From the NCBI GenBank assembly GCA_963514005.1, contig OY740804.1:19530001-19594000 (forward strand): a DNA stretch of 64,000 bases. Reading direction: 5' to 3'. The stretch comes from Raja brachyura. Its lineage: Eukaryota. Below, piece by piece: positions 13,153 to 25,769 of the stretch (position 1 is the stretch's first letter; each line of letters starts with the position of its first letter). A program made the translations under genes and the position numbers. The notes beneath the pieces are model-generated. The model did no database searches, was not told the DNA's origin, and was given only the letters and a program-made list of their open reading frames with translations.

Positions 13153-13907
13153 GAATTTCCTTTATTGTCATTCAAACAATAGTTTGAACGAAATTGCGTA
13201 CCTTGCAGTTATGACAGAAAAAAAGCAAAAAACACACAATGAACACAGTTTAACACAAACATCCATCACAGTGAATCTCCAGACACCTCTTCACAGTGAT
13301 GGAAGGCAAAAAGTCTTATCTCTTCCTTGCTTGTTCTCCCGCTGCGTCGAGGCGATCGAGGCTCTCGATGTTGAACCCCCCGCCGGGTGATGGTAAGTCC
13401 CGCGGTCGATTCCAAGCTCCAGGAACGGGCCGATTCAAATTCCGCAACCCGGGGTAGACAAAGCTGCCACCCTCCAGTCCAGCGGACGAAGCTGTTGTTA
13501 CAGGAGCTCCAGAGAATCTGTCACCAACCTGGGACCTGCGAGCTCCCGATGTTACCGTCTACATGGCCCGCGGCCGAGTCCTCTGAAGTCGGGTCGCAGC
13601 CACAGCACCACCACAGCCTCAGAAGTTAGCCAGCTCTGTGATGATAAGTCCGCAGGCTCTGACACCGGAGCCGCAAGGTTGATTCCAGTTGGAGGCCGCC
13701 AGCTCCACGATATTAGGCCTCAGCGCAGACGGAGATACGACAAGGAAAAGGTCGCATCCCTGTTGAAGGAAGAGGTTCCTTCACACATCCTCCACCCCCC
13801 ACACACACACAACTAAAAATCAACTAACACACACATCTAACAAGATAAAAGAAAACAAAAAAAGGAAAAGACAGACGGACTGCAGGTGAGCCGCCACTTC
13901 TGATATT
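13153..13907 (-). mobile_element. Short non-autonomous LINE-derived element (about 755 bp) with a 9-bp TSD
   Basis: TGTTGAATT flanks it on both sides (13144-13152 and 13908-13916). On the minus strand it has an AGAAGTGGCGGC 5' end, a GC-rich body, a hairpin motif at about 13262-13304, and AATAAA plus a (TTCAA)n tail. Confidence 0.7.
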
Positions 13908-15036
13908 TGTTGAATTAATTATGAGAGGATTTGAGTTTAGGAGCATGGAGGTCCAACTGCTGTTGTACAGGCCCTTGGTGAGACCACACCTGGAGTATAG
14001 TGTGCAGTTTTGGTCTCCTCGTTTGAGGAAGGACATTATTGCTATTGAGGTTCACCAGGTAAATTCCCGGGAGGGCAGGACTGATGTATGATGAAAGAAT
14101 AGGTCGACTGGGCTTCTATTCACTGGAATTTAGAAGGCTGAGAGGATATCTTATATAAACATATAAAATTCATCGAGGATTGGATAAGGTAGATGCAGGA
14201 AAAATGTTTCAGACGTTGGGGGAGTCCAGAACCAGGGGTGACAGTTTAAGAACATTTAGGACTGAGATGAGGAAAACCTTTTTCACCCAGAGAGTTGTGA
14301 ATCTGTGGAATTCTCTGACATAGAAGGCAGTGGAGGCCAATTCACTGGATGTTTTCAATAGTGAACTAGATTTGGGCTAAGGGAATCAAGGGATATGGGG
14401 TAAAAGCCGGAACGGGGTACTGATTTTGGATGATCAGCCATGATTATATTGAATGGCGGTGCTGGCTCAAAGGGCCGAATGGGCTACTCCTGCACCTATT
14501 TTCTATATTTCTTTGGTTCTCTCTTTCACTTAATCTCTCTGCCAAAATCACTCGTACTTAATTTAGCCGGTCTGTCTGTTCCAATATATATCTCCATCCA
14601 TCCCTCTTATTCTCACTTGCAGTTGCTCTGGATCTCTCTCTATGTGTCTCTCCCTGTCAGTCTTCACCCTTCTTTCTCGGCATCTTCCTCTCTCAATCTC
14701 TTTGTATCTCACTCTCAGTGTCACTCTTATAATCTGAACGTGCCTTGCTCTATCCCATCTCCTTTCTCATTTTTTCTGAACCTCTCTTCTACAATCTCTG
14801 TGTATCTCTGTCAGTTTCTCTCCACTTCTCTCTTAATTTTGGTACATCCTCCCTTACAAAAATATTTGAGACATAGATTGTATCTCACTCTCTCAATATT
14901 AATGCATCTCCTCTATCTCTCTGCATCTCTCTTCTATCTCATCTATCTTTGTGTTTCTCTCTATCTCTCTGTGACTCATTCCCTCGATCTCTCTGTGTTG
15001 CACTGACTCTCTGTTTCTCTCCTTGTCTACATGCAG

Positions 15037-15385
15037 TTGGTACAGGCTGGAGGGGCCAAGCAGTGTCCAGTGTGCTGTGACCATCCTGTATCCATCTGTG
15101 ACAGATCTGAGTCCAATGTCCAGCCTTGCGTCCGAATGGTGCATTGTGTGGATCCCAGCCGGAGGTGCCCAGTTCAGACTGCTGACTGGGTGATGTTACA
15201 TGCAGATGTAGTGAACCCAATGTACTCTGGGTTACTGTGATTTCCTATCGTGCCCACAGGGAACCGAGCACTACACAAACCACTCTTCAGAGCCCTCTCC
15301 CTGTCCAGAAACACGCATAGTTTCTGTTCCACTTGTTCAACACATTCTGGACCAGATTTTCAAAGGCAGGCACTGGATTGGCTGA
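15037..15385 (+). pseudogene. Possible decayed IgV exon of a CD2/SLAM paralogue
   Basis: Long polypyrimidine tract and CAG acceptor before it, GTAAGT donor at 15386. Phase-1 start GTGWRGQAVSSVL* is in register with [14 protein letters not shown] of the intact exon (GGA>TGA), and ATTGTGTGG (IVW) is shared. Contains stops and frameshifts. Confidence 0.3.
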
Positions 15386-15439
15386 GTAAGTCAATTGCAG
15401 TGGGAGAGCAAAGGGAGGTTTCAAAATGCTTCAGTTAGA

Positions 15440-16040
15440 GCTGTCGTGGTAGGTGACTCGTTAGTTACGAGGGGGAGACAGGAGAATTTGTGGCAGCAAT
15501 CGAGACTCCCAGATGGTGTGTGGCCTCCCTGGTGCCAGAGCCCAAGATGTATCTGAGCGGTTGCGTGGCATTGTCAAGGGGGAGGGGGAGCAGCCAGAAG
15601 TTGTGTGCCTGTTGGCACAAATTACATAGGCAGAAAAAGGGATGAAGTCCTGCAAAATGAATATAGGGAATATAGGCTAAAGGGCAAAAAGCAGTACCTC
15701 TCCCGAGGTAGTCATCTCCGGATTACCCCTAATGGCACATGCTAATGGGGGTAGGTTTGCTTTATTGATTAAAGAGAATGTCACAACAGCAGTCCAGATG
15801 ATGTTACTGGTAGTTCACCCAGTGAGGCTATAAGGGTGAAGCTGAGAATTAAAATAATTAAAATGGGGAAGTTTGAGAGTTTATTTTAGGCCCCCAAATA
15901 GTCAAAGGAAATTAGAAGAACAAACATGATGGGAATTTTCAGGCAGCTGTAAGATTGTCATAGTCTGGAATTTTAACCTTCCCAACAAAGACCAGGAATG
16001 TCATATGCCAAAGGCATTTGTTAAATGTGTCCAGGAAAGT
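15440..16040 (+). mobile_element. Old CR1 fragment (ORF1 esterase into endonuclease)
   Basis: AVVVGDS..LPGARAQDV..KGEGEQPEVV resembles the ORF1 of the CR1 at 22.0-22.5 kb; followed by a degraded EN segment. Confidence 0.65.
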
Positions 16041-16699
16041 TTCCTTGTGTAATATATAGAGGGCTCTACAAGGGAGAGGGCAACGCTTGAAATGCATAAC
16101 GCATGGTAAGTGTATTCCTTTGGTTTTATATGAGGTTGATATTAGTAGCGATACGATTGTTTGATGGAGGATTGGGATAAATGTAAGATAGGACATGGGT
16201 ATTTAGCATTTGTTTGAGTCCTGAATCAATCATCTGTAGTTTATTTTACTTAGTAAATCTTTCCTTTCTTTGTTGCTTAGTAGTGCACGCTGGCACCACA
16301 GTTGGTAAGACCGTGTATTGAGGCAGATGGTTCTGTTACATCTTCCTGAGGTGTCATGGGCTTAACTCAATGAAATACTAGTGAAGGGAGGTCCTCACTT
16401 GATAACCTCAATGATATACTGGCATCTACACGTCTAGTTTTAGTTGTTCAGTTCAACTAAAGGTGTGTTAGTTTTTCATGTGGCATTGGGATTAGGTTTC
16501 TTGGTTAAACATTTAAATTATGTGTTTGTCATCATGTAGATTGCTTATTACTGAATATGAAGTTAGTTATTGCCCTCAAACATTAGTGTGTATAGGTAAT
16601 TTAGATACAATTTTGGCATTGGTTTTCTTGCTTGAGCATTTATCCTGGTGTTATAGCATGTACTTTGTGCTTTGAAGTAATTAAGATCTCACCCATGTT

Positions 16700-17025
16700 C
16701 ATAAGTTACAGGCGCAGAATTAGGCCATTTGGCCCATCAAGTCTACTCTGCCCTGCAATCATGGATGATCTATATTTCCCTCTCTACTTCATTCTCCTGC
16801 CTTCTCCCCATATCCTTTGGCACCCTTACTAATCAATCTCTGCTTTAAAATACCCAATGACTTGGCCTCCACAGCCATCTGTGGCAATTAATTCCACAGA
16901 TTCACCACTCTTTGATTAAAGAAATGACTCCTCATCTCTTTCTAAAGGTGCCGGGTACTTCCTTTTATCCTAAGGCTGTGATCTCTGGTCCTCGATTCTC
17001 CCACGAGTGGAAACATCTATCCACG
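16700..17025 (-). mobile_element. CR1 3'UTR fragment
   Basis: GGCCATTTGGCCCATCAAG and TTCCACAGATTCACCACTCT motifs shared with the other CR1 3' ends in the window. Confidence 0.65.
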
Positions 17026-18932
17026 CTGCCCTCTTGATCAATTTCCTCAGGCCTTTGCAAAAGCCTGGGGCCAAAGTGCAGGCTCTTCTTCTTCATGCAC
17101 TCATTTGGAGGTGATTCTTCTTCATACTCACTTTCCTTCCGATCAGACGCTTCTCTCACTCCAGCATTACCTATACCACATGCTTCCCTGGGATTTGATA
17201 TGATATTGATTTAATTCTCATCATCACATCACCTTTTAATGTGTTGACTCCGGCATTTGGCTGTGGTTCCACAATTCATACAGCTTCCATAGTCTTGGCC
17301 TAGTGAGATAATAAGCACCTATAGACTAATTGACTGCACACATCCAACCTGGCCAGCACTGAAACCTACACATGATCAGGAGGGAAGACCCAGTTTCTGC
17401 TCCTTGACCTTAGTTGAGATTGGCTAACTCAACCCAAATTTGGAATTGAACTGTGAACACCCTGAGGTGTTTGAGTAATGAAGATATTTTTATCCCCAAG
17501 TACATGGAGCCACTCCTTGCAATGTCTGCATGTAAATGTGTGTTGAGGTGGAGCAGTGCAATCATGCATTCAAGTGGTGCAAAAAATTAAGATGTGATGA
17601 TCTTTGCACATTTACTACTTGGGGAGAGGGGAGAGATCAACACGAAGTTAGGGAGTAGCATAGAACAGTACAGACCAGAAAATGATTCATAGCATTGTAG
17701 AAAAGAGGAACTCCACACAATGAGTCAGTGCATGTTCCTGGTAGAACATCTGATTAGGCACACCCGTGCAGGTTATTCTTGTGTCTGACCATGTCCCTTC
17801 TGAGAACATTGATTTTATCCTCAAGTGGTCGTGAGTTCCAGACCTTGGTAGCTGTCTGAGCAAATGTATTAGAACTGAAGAGAGACAAGCAGACTGTCAG
17901 TGGAGCTGCCATGGTACGGCGCCCCGGTGGTATTATGGTGGTATCTGCAGTGTCTTGTGTCTCCAATTTTTTATTTTCAACATTCAAGTTTTAGATTAAA
18001 ATGTGACCCTTGCAGTCCAGGATACCATCCACCTCTTCTGTTGCTCACCAATCCTGAAAGACCTCCGGAAAGCCAGAGGATATGTGTGCTCTCACTCCAG
18101 GGACGATTAACTTGTGATGTCTCCCTGAATCAGGTGCTCTCAGGTCAGGAGTGTGGGACTGAAGTGCAAGCAGATCTTGAAGAATAAATTATAAACAGGA
18201 ACTACAGCCTCCAGCTAACGGACTTAAAATTGTGTAGCACAGGCTTACTCTGTGTAACACTTTTCACCCCAGGTCCCAAATGTAAAATGTGGAAGACTCC
18301 CGCATGAAGAGACACTTTCCTCACCAATAGATTGCAGAACAGACTACCGTGGCAAGATTGAATGGTAGATGACTTCAAGAGAGTGCAGTACATACAGGAA
18401 ACTGTGTGATATAGAACAGCACAACCAGTGCGTTGAGAGTATTTTATGAGACGGTGAGGCAGGAACTACTCTATGCCTTACCTGTGTCGTGGCAGTATGT
18501 GATGGGACACTACAGGGAATAATTCCTCATCTACATACCCCTTCTCCAATGTTGGGCAGTGTGAACAGGGCCATATTAACAATATCTCAGCAGGAAGCGA
18601 GCAGAGCTGAAACCAAAGGCTGACATGAGCTGCATTTTAGTTGGTCTTCTTGATCCAATCTGCTCCCTTCCTTTACATCATCCTTCCTCCAGACCTTCCT
18701 CCCCACCATGCTTTCTTCCCACTGATCCCATGAAATTTCCCTGGTTCAGATCCTAGTTCCCAATTCTGAGGGGACTTCGACCACTTTCCAATGCCCAATT
18801 GTCTGTGAAAGTCTCCAGTGAGCCAGTGGACACTGCATGCACCACAATGCCTGAGCACAAATGTAGGCTTGGGAGTGGGACAGGTAGTCGGGTCAAGTGG
18901 ATGTAAAGTATTCAGTACATGGAAATAGGATA

Positions 18933-21900
18933 ATAGAAACATAGAAAATAGGTGCAGGAGGAGGCCATTCGGCCCTTCAAGCCAGCACCGCCATTCAATA
19001 TGATCATGGCTGATCGTCCGCTATCAATAACCCGTGCCTGCCTTCTCCCCATATCCCTTGACTCCATTAGCCTCTAGAGCTCTATCCAACTCTCTCTTAA
19101 ATCCATCCAGTGATTTGGCCTCCACTGTCCTCTGTTGCAGGGAATTCCATAAATTTACAACTCTGGTAAAAACGTTTTTTCTCAGCTCAGTCTTAAATGA
19201 CCTCCCCTTTATTTTAAGACTGTGGCCCCTGGCTCTGGACTCACCCAACATTGGGAACATTTTTCCTGCACCTAGCTTGTCCAGTCCTTTTATAATTTTA
19301 TATGTTTCTATAAGATCCCCCCTCATCCTTCTAAACTCCAGTGAATACAATACATCCTAGTCTTTTCAATCTTTTCTCATATGACAGTCCCGCCATCCCA
19401 GGGATCAATCTTGTGAACCTACGCTGCACTGCCTCAATCAAAAGGATGTCCTTCCTGAAATTAGGAGACCAAAACTGTACACAATACTCCAGATGTGGTC
19501 TCACCAGAACCCTATACAACTGCAGAAGAACCTCTGTACTCCTGTACTGAAATCCTCTTGTTATGAAGGCCAACATTCCATTCGCTTTCTTCATTGCCTG
19601 CTGTACCTGCACGCCAACTTTCAGTGACTGGTGTACAAGGACACCCAGGTCTCACTGTACCTCCCCCTTACATAACCTAACCCCATTGAGATAATAATAT
19701 GCCCCCTTGTTTTTGCCGCCAAAGTGAATAACCTCACATTTATCTACATTATACTGCATCTGCCGCGCATCTGCAACTTCCTAACATCCTCTACACAGTT
19801 CACACTGCCACCCAGCTTTGTGTCATCCGCAAACTTGCTAATGTTGCTCCTAATTCCCTCTTCCAAATCAGGTATATAGATGATAAACAATAGCGGCCCC
19901 AACACCGAGCCTTGCGGCACTCCACTCGCCACTGCCTGCCATTCTGAAAAGGACCCGTTCACTCCTTCACTTTGCTTCCGGTCTGCCAACCAATTTTCTA
20001 TCCATGTCAACACCCTACCCCCAATACCATGTGCTCTAATGTTAGTCACCAGTCTCCCGTGCGGGACCTTATCAAAGGCTTTCTGAAAGTCTAGATACAC
20101 TACATCCACTGGCACCCCTTCATCCATTTTAATTGTCACATCCTCAAAACATTCCAGAAGATCAGTCAAGCATGATTTCCCTTACAAAAATCCATGTTGA
20201 CTTGGACTAATCCTTTTACTGCTATCCAAATGTTCCATTATTACCTCTTTAATAATTGACTCTTTCCCAGCATCTTTCCCAGCACCGAAGTCAGGCTAAC
20301 TGTTCTGTAATTCCTCATTTTCTCTCTCGTTCCTTTCTTGAAAAGTGGGATAACATTAGCTATCCTCCAATCCACAGGAACTGATCCTGAATCTATTGAA
20401 CATTGGAAAATGATCACCAATGCGTCCACAATTTCTAAAGCCACCTCCCTGAGGACCCTGGGATGCAGATCATCAGGCCCAGGGGATTTATCATCCTTCA
20501 GTCCCGTTAGCCTACCCTATACTATTTCTCGCCCAATGAAAATTTATTTCAGTTCCTCTACCCCCTTAGATCCTCGGTACTCCAGGACATCTGGGAGATT
20601 GTTTGTGTCCTCCTTAGTGAAGACAGATCCGAAGTGCCTATTCAACTCTTCTGCCGTTTCCTTGTTGCCCATAATAATTTCATCCGTGTCTGCCTTCAAG
20701 GGACCCACATTTGACTTTGCTATTCTTTTTCCCTTAACATATCTAAAGAAGCTTTTACTGTTGTTCTTTATGTTCCTGGCCAGCTTCCTCTCGTACTTCT
20801 TTTTCAGCCCGTATTGCCCATTTTGTTTCCTTCTGTTGTCCTATGAAAGTTTCCCAATCCTCCGGCTTCCGGCTACTCTTTGCTGTGTTATACATCTTTC
20901 TTTTAGTTTTATTCTATCCCTAACTTCTCTTGTCAGCCACGATTGCCTCCTACTCCCCTTAGAATCTTTCTTCCTTTTTGGAATGAAATGATCCTGCATC
21001 TTCCGGATTATGCCCAGAAATTCCTGCCATTGCTGTTCCACCATCATTCCTGCTAGGATCCTTTTCCAGTCTACTATGGCCAGCTCCCCTCTCATGCCTT
21101 CATAGTCCCCTTTGTTCAACTGTATCACTGCCACTTCTGAATTAACGTTCTCCTTCTCAAATTGCAGATTAAAACTAAGCATATTATGATTACTACCTCC
21201 AAGCAGTTCCTTTACCTCGTGTTCTCTTATCATATCTGGTTCATTGGACAACACTAAATCCAGAATTGCCTTTTCTCTGGTCGGCTCCATTACAAGCTGC
21301 TCTAAAAATCCATCTCGCAGGCATTCTCCAAACTCTCTTTCTTTGGGATCCTGATTTTCCCAGTCTACCTGCATATTGAAATCCCCCATCACCACAGTGG
21401 CATTGCCTTTATTACATGCCAGTTTTAACTCCTGCTGCAACTTGCACCCTACATCTGGACTACTATTTTGGGGGTCTGTAAATAACACCAATTAGTGTCT
21501 TCTTGCCTTTACAATTCCTCAACTCAATCCACAGTGACTCTACCCCGTCAGTCCGTATGTCTTCCCTCGCAAGGGACTGAATTCCATCCCTCACCAGCAG
21601 AGCTAACCCCCCCCCCCCCCCACCTCCTCTGCCCACCTGCCTGTCCTTTCTATAGGATGTATAACCCTGAATATTAAGTTCCCAGGCCCGATCCTCCTGC
21701 AGCCACGTCTCAGTAATCCCCACAATGCCATATCTACCAACTTGTAACAGAGCCTCAAGATCATCTACTTTACTTCTTATACTTCGTGCATTCATACACA
21801 ATACTGTTAATTCCTTACGCATCTCACCTTTCACATCGATCCCTATTACACTTGGCCATACTCTCCTATCCCTTCGTGATCTTCCTTCCCCGTTAATTCT

Positions 21901-22600
21901 GTGGTCATTAACCATCCCTTTACTCCCTTTCCCTTTAACTCCATCGTCGACTATCCCATTTGACACCCCACCCCCCTTATTCAGTTTAAAACCACCCGTG
22001 TAGCAGTGGCAAACCTGCCGGCCAGAATGTTGGTCCCCCACCTGTTAAGATGCAATCCGTCCATTTTGTACAGTTCCCCCTTATTCCAAAACACATCCCA
22101 GTGATCTAAGAATCTAAATCCCTGCCCCCTACACCAGTTACTCAGCCACACACTTAGGTCCCGTATCTCCCTGTTCCTGCTCTCGCCAGCACGAGGAACT
22201 GGAAGCAAACCGGAGATAACAACCCTGGAGGTCCTGCTTTTCAGCATTTTTCCAAGCTCTCTAAAGTCACGCTGCAGAATATTCATCCCCTTCTTTCCGA
22301 CATCGTTTGGCCGACATGCACTACCACTTTCGGCTGTTCACCTTTGTCCTTGAGGATTTTCTGCACTCTGTCCGTGACATCCTGGATCCTGGCACCAGGA
22401 AGGTAGCACACCATCCTCGAATTCCGCCTGTTGCCGCAGAAACTCCTGTCCGTACCTCTCACAATGGGGTCTCCAACTACAATGGCGTTGCCTGACGTTG
22501 GCCTCTTTGGTTTTGGCTCAATGTTCCTTTTTGCTTTGCAAGCCAGTCCGCCGCTCAGTGTTTTAACGTCTTCTGTCCCGACAGCTTCTAAGGTTGCAAT
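18933..22600 (-). mobile_element. CR1 LINE, long 5'-truncated copy with ORF1 SGNH/GDSL esterase, ORF2 EN+RT and 3'UTR
   Basis: ORF1: IVVGD, PGARIQDV, VVVHVG, ISGLLP, DGLHLN. EN: CMNARS, GITETW, YRPP, MGDFN. RT: YLDFQKAFDKVPH, GVPQGSVLGP, KFADD. The (TTTCTATG)n-type tail is at about 18933-18950. Multiple frameshifts. Confidence 0.92.
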
Positions 22601-22699
22601 CATATATGAGTCCTAAATTGGGTGAGGTTGATTTAAATAACTTAAGGCAGGATCTGGTAAAGGTAGTTTGGACCAGTAGCTTTCAGGTAAAATTGTGAT

Positions 22700-25460
22700 T
22701 GCAATAATGTTGCAATCATACAAATTGTTTGAACAATGTACAGGGATGGCAGCTCAAAGTTTCAGGTAAATATGCTTCAGGAGTGATAGGTAGAAAGGTA
22801 AAAGAGGATGGGAAATTGAAATAATGCAGTACACAGGAATGATTTAGGATGGCTCTTCCAATGTGACCACATGGGCAGAACTTAGAAATAAGAACATAGC
22901 TCCAACCACAGCCTGTGGACTTCAACATCGAGGAGCTCGCAGTCTCGGGTAGAGACTGATGTCAGGAAGATCCAAGGTCGCAGGAGGTTCGACGAGCCCC
23001 AACCGGGGTCTGATCGCCCAGCACGGGGTAACTGAGATCCCCCCGATGCGGGAGCTTGTTCGCCCCGATGAGGAGGGCTCGACCGCCGGCTGTGGGAGCC
23101 ATGATCGTCCCGACAATGGAAGGTCCGAGGCCCCCAAGCACCGGAGGACAAAGAAGGGAAGCGATTGAACTTTTTTTTTGCCTTCCATCACAGTGGGGAA
23201 TGTGGAGGAGTCACTGTGGTGGATGTTTATGTTAAAATGGATTTTGTGTGTTGTGTGGCTTTTTATTGGTAAGACTGTATGGTAAATCAAATTCCTCGTA
23301 TGTTGCAAAACATACTTGGCTAATAAAGTATGATTATGATTATGATAATATCACAGCACTTCCAACAGTCAGCTGGAGATAGACGAGCAAATAAAAGGAC
23401 AAATATTAAACAAATCATGGATGTGTAAAGGATTATAGTTGTGGGGGATTTTAACTTCCCGAGTAATGACTGGGATTGCCTGAATGTGAAGAATTTCAAT
23501 AGGATAGGTTTTAGCACCACAAAGTCACATATCCTACGATAGAAGGGATTCCACTGGAATTAATGCTGGGCAATGAAGTTGGATAAGTGGTGGAAGTGTC
23601 AGCGAAGGAGAATTTTAAGAAGAGCAATCATACTTATTCAAGTTCCAAGCTGGTTATGCAGAGATATTGGAATGGTCTGCATGTTTGACTCCTAAGTTGG
23701 GCGAGGTTGATTTAAATAACTTAAGGCAGGATTTGGTAAAGGTAGCTTGGACCAGTAGCTTTCAGGTAAAATTACATCCAATAAGTGGGAGCCTTTTTAA
23801 AGGGAAGTAGTTCATGACTACCATGTTTTGATGGAGGTGAAAGATCAGGTTAGCATGATTAGAGAATCCTGGGTGCAAATATTGTGGATGCAGAGGAGTT
23901 GATGAAGAAAAAGAGAGGCATATGACAGTATAGGCGACTGAAAGTTACAGGGTCCTGTCAGGGAGTTTGGAGTGTAGAAAACTATTTTTAAAAGAAATTG
24001 GGAGTGCAAAAACAGGCCTTGAAATATTATTGGCAGACAGGATTAAGGTGAAACCGAAGAAGTTTTCTATTAAGGGGATCATGCTAGTAAATTGTATGTG
24101 AAGTTGGGGGATGTAAGTATGGTCCTAAATAAATATTTCTCACCTATATTTACGGAGGAGAAGGACATGATAGACAAAGAGCCAGAGCAAGGGATGGTGA
24201 TGTTCAGGAGCATGTTAGTAATAGGAAGGAGGAGGTGCTAGATGTCTTGTGCTACATCAAGACGTACAGATTCCCAGAGCCAAATGAGATTTGCCCCAGG
24301 CTGCTGTGGAATGCAAAGGTGGAGACTACATGTCCCTAATGGACATTTTACATCTTCATTAGCCACAGGTGAAATACCGGATGAATGGAGGATAGTAAAT
24401 GTTGTTCCTTTATTAAGAAGCTCAACAGATAACTACTGGTCAGTCAGTGGAAGAGAAACTATTGGAAAAATGCCTAAGGAACAGGATACATTTTCACTTA
24501 GGAAGTCGGGGATAGATTAGGGATAATCAGCATGACTTAGTTCATGCAAAATCCTTGTCACAAATATGACTGCATTTTTTGTGGCTCTGACTGAACATGT
24601 TATTGAGGGGAGTGTGAAGACATTGTCTACATGGACCTCAGTCATAGAGCATGGAAATAGATCCTGTGGTCCAACTCGTTCATGCTGACTAAGATATCCC
24701 ATGGAAGTTATTCCCATTTGATCACTTTTGGTCCAAATCCCTCTTCCCTATTCATGTACCCGTCTAAATGTTGTTTAATTGTTGCTATTGTCTACCTCGA
24801 CTGCATCCTCTGGCAGTTTGTTCCATGTAACCACAATCCTCTGTGTGAAAAGGTTGTCCCTCACCTACCTCTTATATCTTTCCCCTCTCACCTTGAACCT
24901 GTGCCCTCTAGTTCTTGATCCCTCTATCCTGGGGAAAGGACTTTCTACATTCACTCTATCAATTCCCCTCATAATTTAAAACACCTCTTTTTGATCTCCC
25001 CTCATTCTCCAAGGCATAGTGTGACGTTTTATAAGGTCCCATGTGCTAGGCCAATCCAGCAAGTTAAAGCTCACTGCGTTCAGTGCAAACCAGTAAATTG
25101 TTTTTCTGAATGCAATTCTCTGACCGAATCTGTACCACAGCATATTTAGACCTTTGATCAGAATGTATGAAGTATGATAACTAAGTAGATAATATGAAAA
25201 TGGGTGGTCTCATAGAAAGCAGGTATTGAAGGTTGTTCAAGGCTCATGGTTTGGATCAGGTGGAAAGTCTGGGTGAGAAAAGCCAAATGTAATTTAACCC
25301 TGACAAATACAAGGGAGGGCATTTAGGGAGGGCATTTTGGGAGGGCAAACAATGTTGAAACATTAACAGTAAATGGTGGAGCCCCAGGGTATGTTGATGA
25401 ACAGAGGAACCTTGGGGTGCAAGTCCACAGGTCCCTGAAAGTCCCAGCGCAAATGGATGA
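22700..25460 (+). mobile_element. Old, degraded CR1 ORF2 containing younger insertions
   Basis: IIVVGDFNFP (about 23433-23460), GEIPDEWRIVNVVPL (about 24370-24410) and later RT remnants. Interrupted by the element at about 22900-23345 and a minus-strand CR1 3' fragment at about 24645-25015. Confidence 0.6.
22900..23347 (+). mobile_element. Short non-autonomous element, same family as 13153-13907
   Basis: GC-rich repetitive body, TTTTGCCTTCCATCACAGTG...CACTGTGGTGGATG hairpin, AATAAA plus (TATGAT)n tail. Confidence 0.65.
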
Positions 25461-25769
25461 GGGGTGAAGAAGCTCACTTCAACCTTTTAGTTTGTTTTAT
25501 AATGTGATCAATTGAGTACTGTGTTTACAAACTTCTTATGCTGCTTCAAGTATGAATTTCATTGTTCCGTTTTGGTCAATATGACAACTAAACACTCTTC
25601 CCGCTTGAACCGTGTTTATTATGTGGCTTCCTCTACATGAGAAAAACAAGTGCAGATGGAATTACCATTTCACAGGCATCTGTGTTCAATCTACAGGAGT
25701 GTCCCTGAGCTTCCCTTTATCTCCCACTTTAATTCTCCATCCCACTCCCATTCTGACCTCCCTGTCTGT

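Larger units (their letters stand above)
7580..14510 (+). mobile_element. CR1 LINE ORF2/3'UTR, split into three pieces (about 7580-8064, 12821-13152, 13908-14510) by younger insertions
   Basis: Collinear CR1 RT peptides KFPGPDG, NYRPVSLTS, DFEKAF, then YINDLD..KFADDTKLG, then RPHLEY..QFWSP. Typical CR1 3'UTR (GGCCGAATGG..CTACTCCTGCACCTATTTTCTAT) at about 14470-14510. Confidence 0.85.

Noticed and set aside
14440-15006. 188-aa hydrophobic ORF (and the similar ORF at 28778-29257)
   Set aside because: CT-rich low-complexity sequence giving Leu/Ser/Phe bias; the first starts inside a CR1 3'UTR.
15038-15075. WYRLEGPSSVQC resembling half a Sushi/CCP domain
   Set aside because: The following W and final Cys spacing of CCP domains is absent, and the splice phase does not match the usual split-CCP exon.
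21981-22500. GDSL/SGNH esterase as a host lipase gene
   Set aside because: It is ORF1 of the CR1 element, directly upstream of its EN-RT ORF2.
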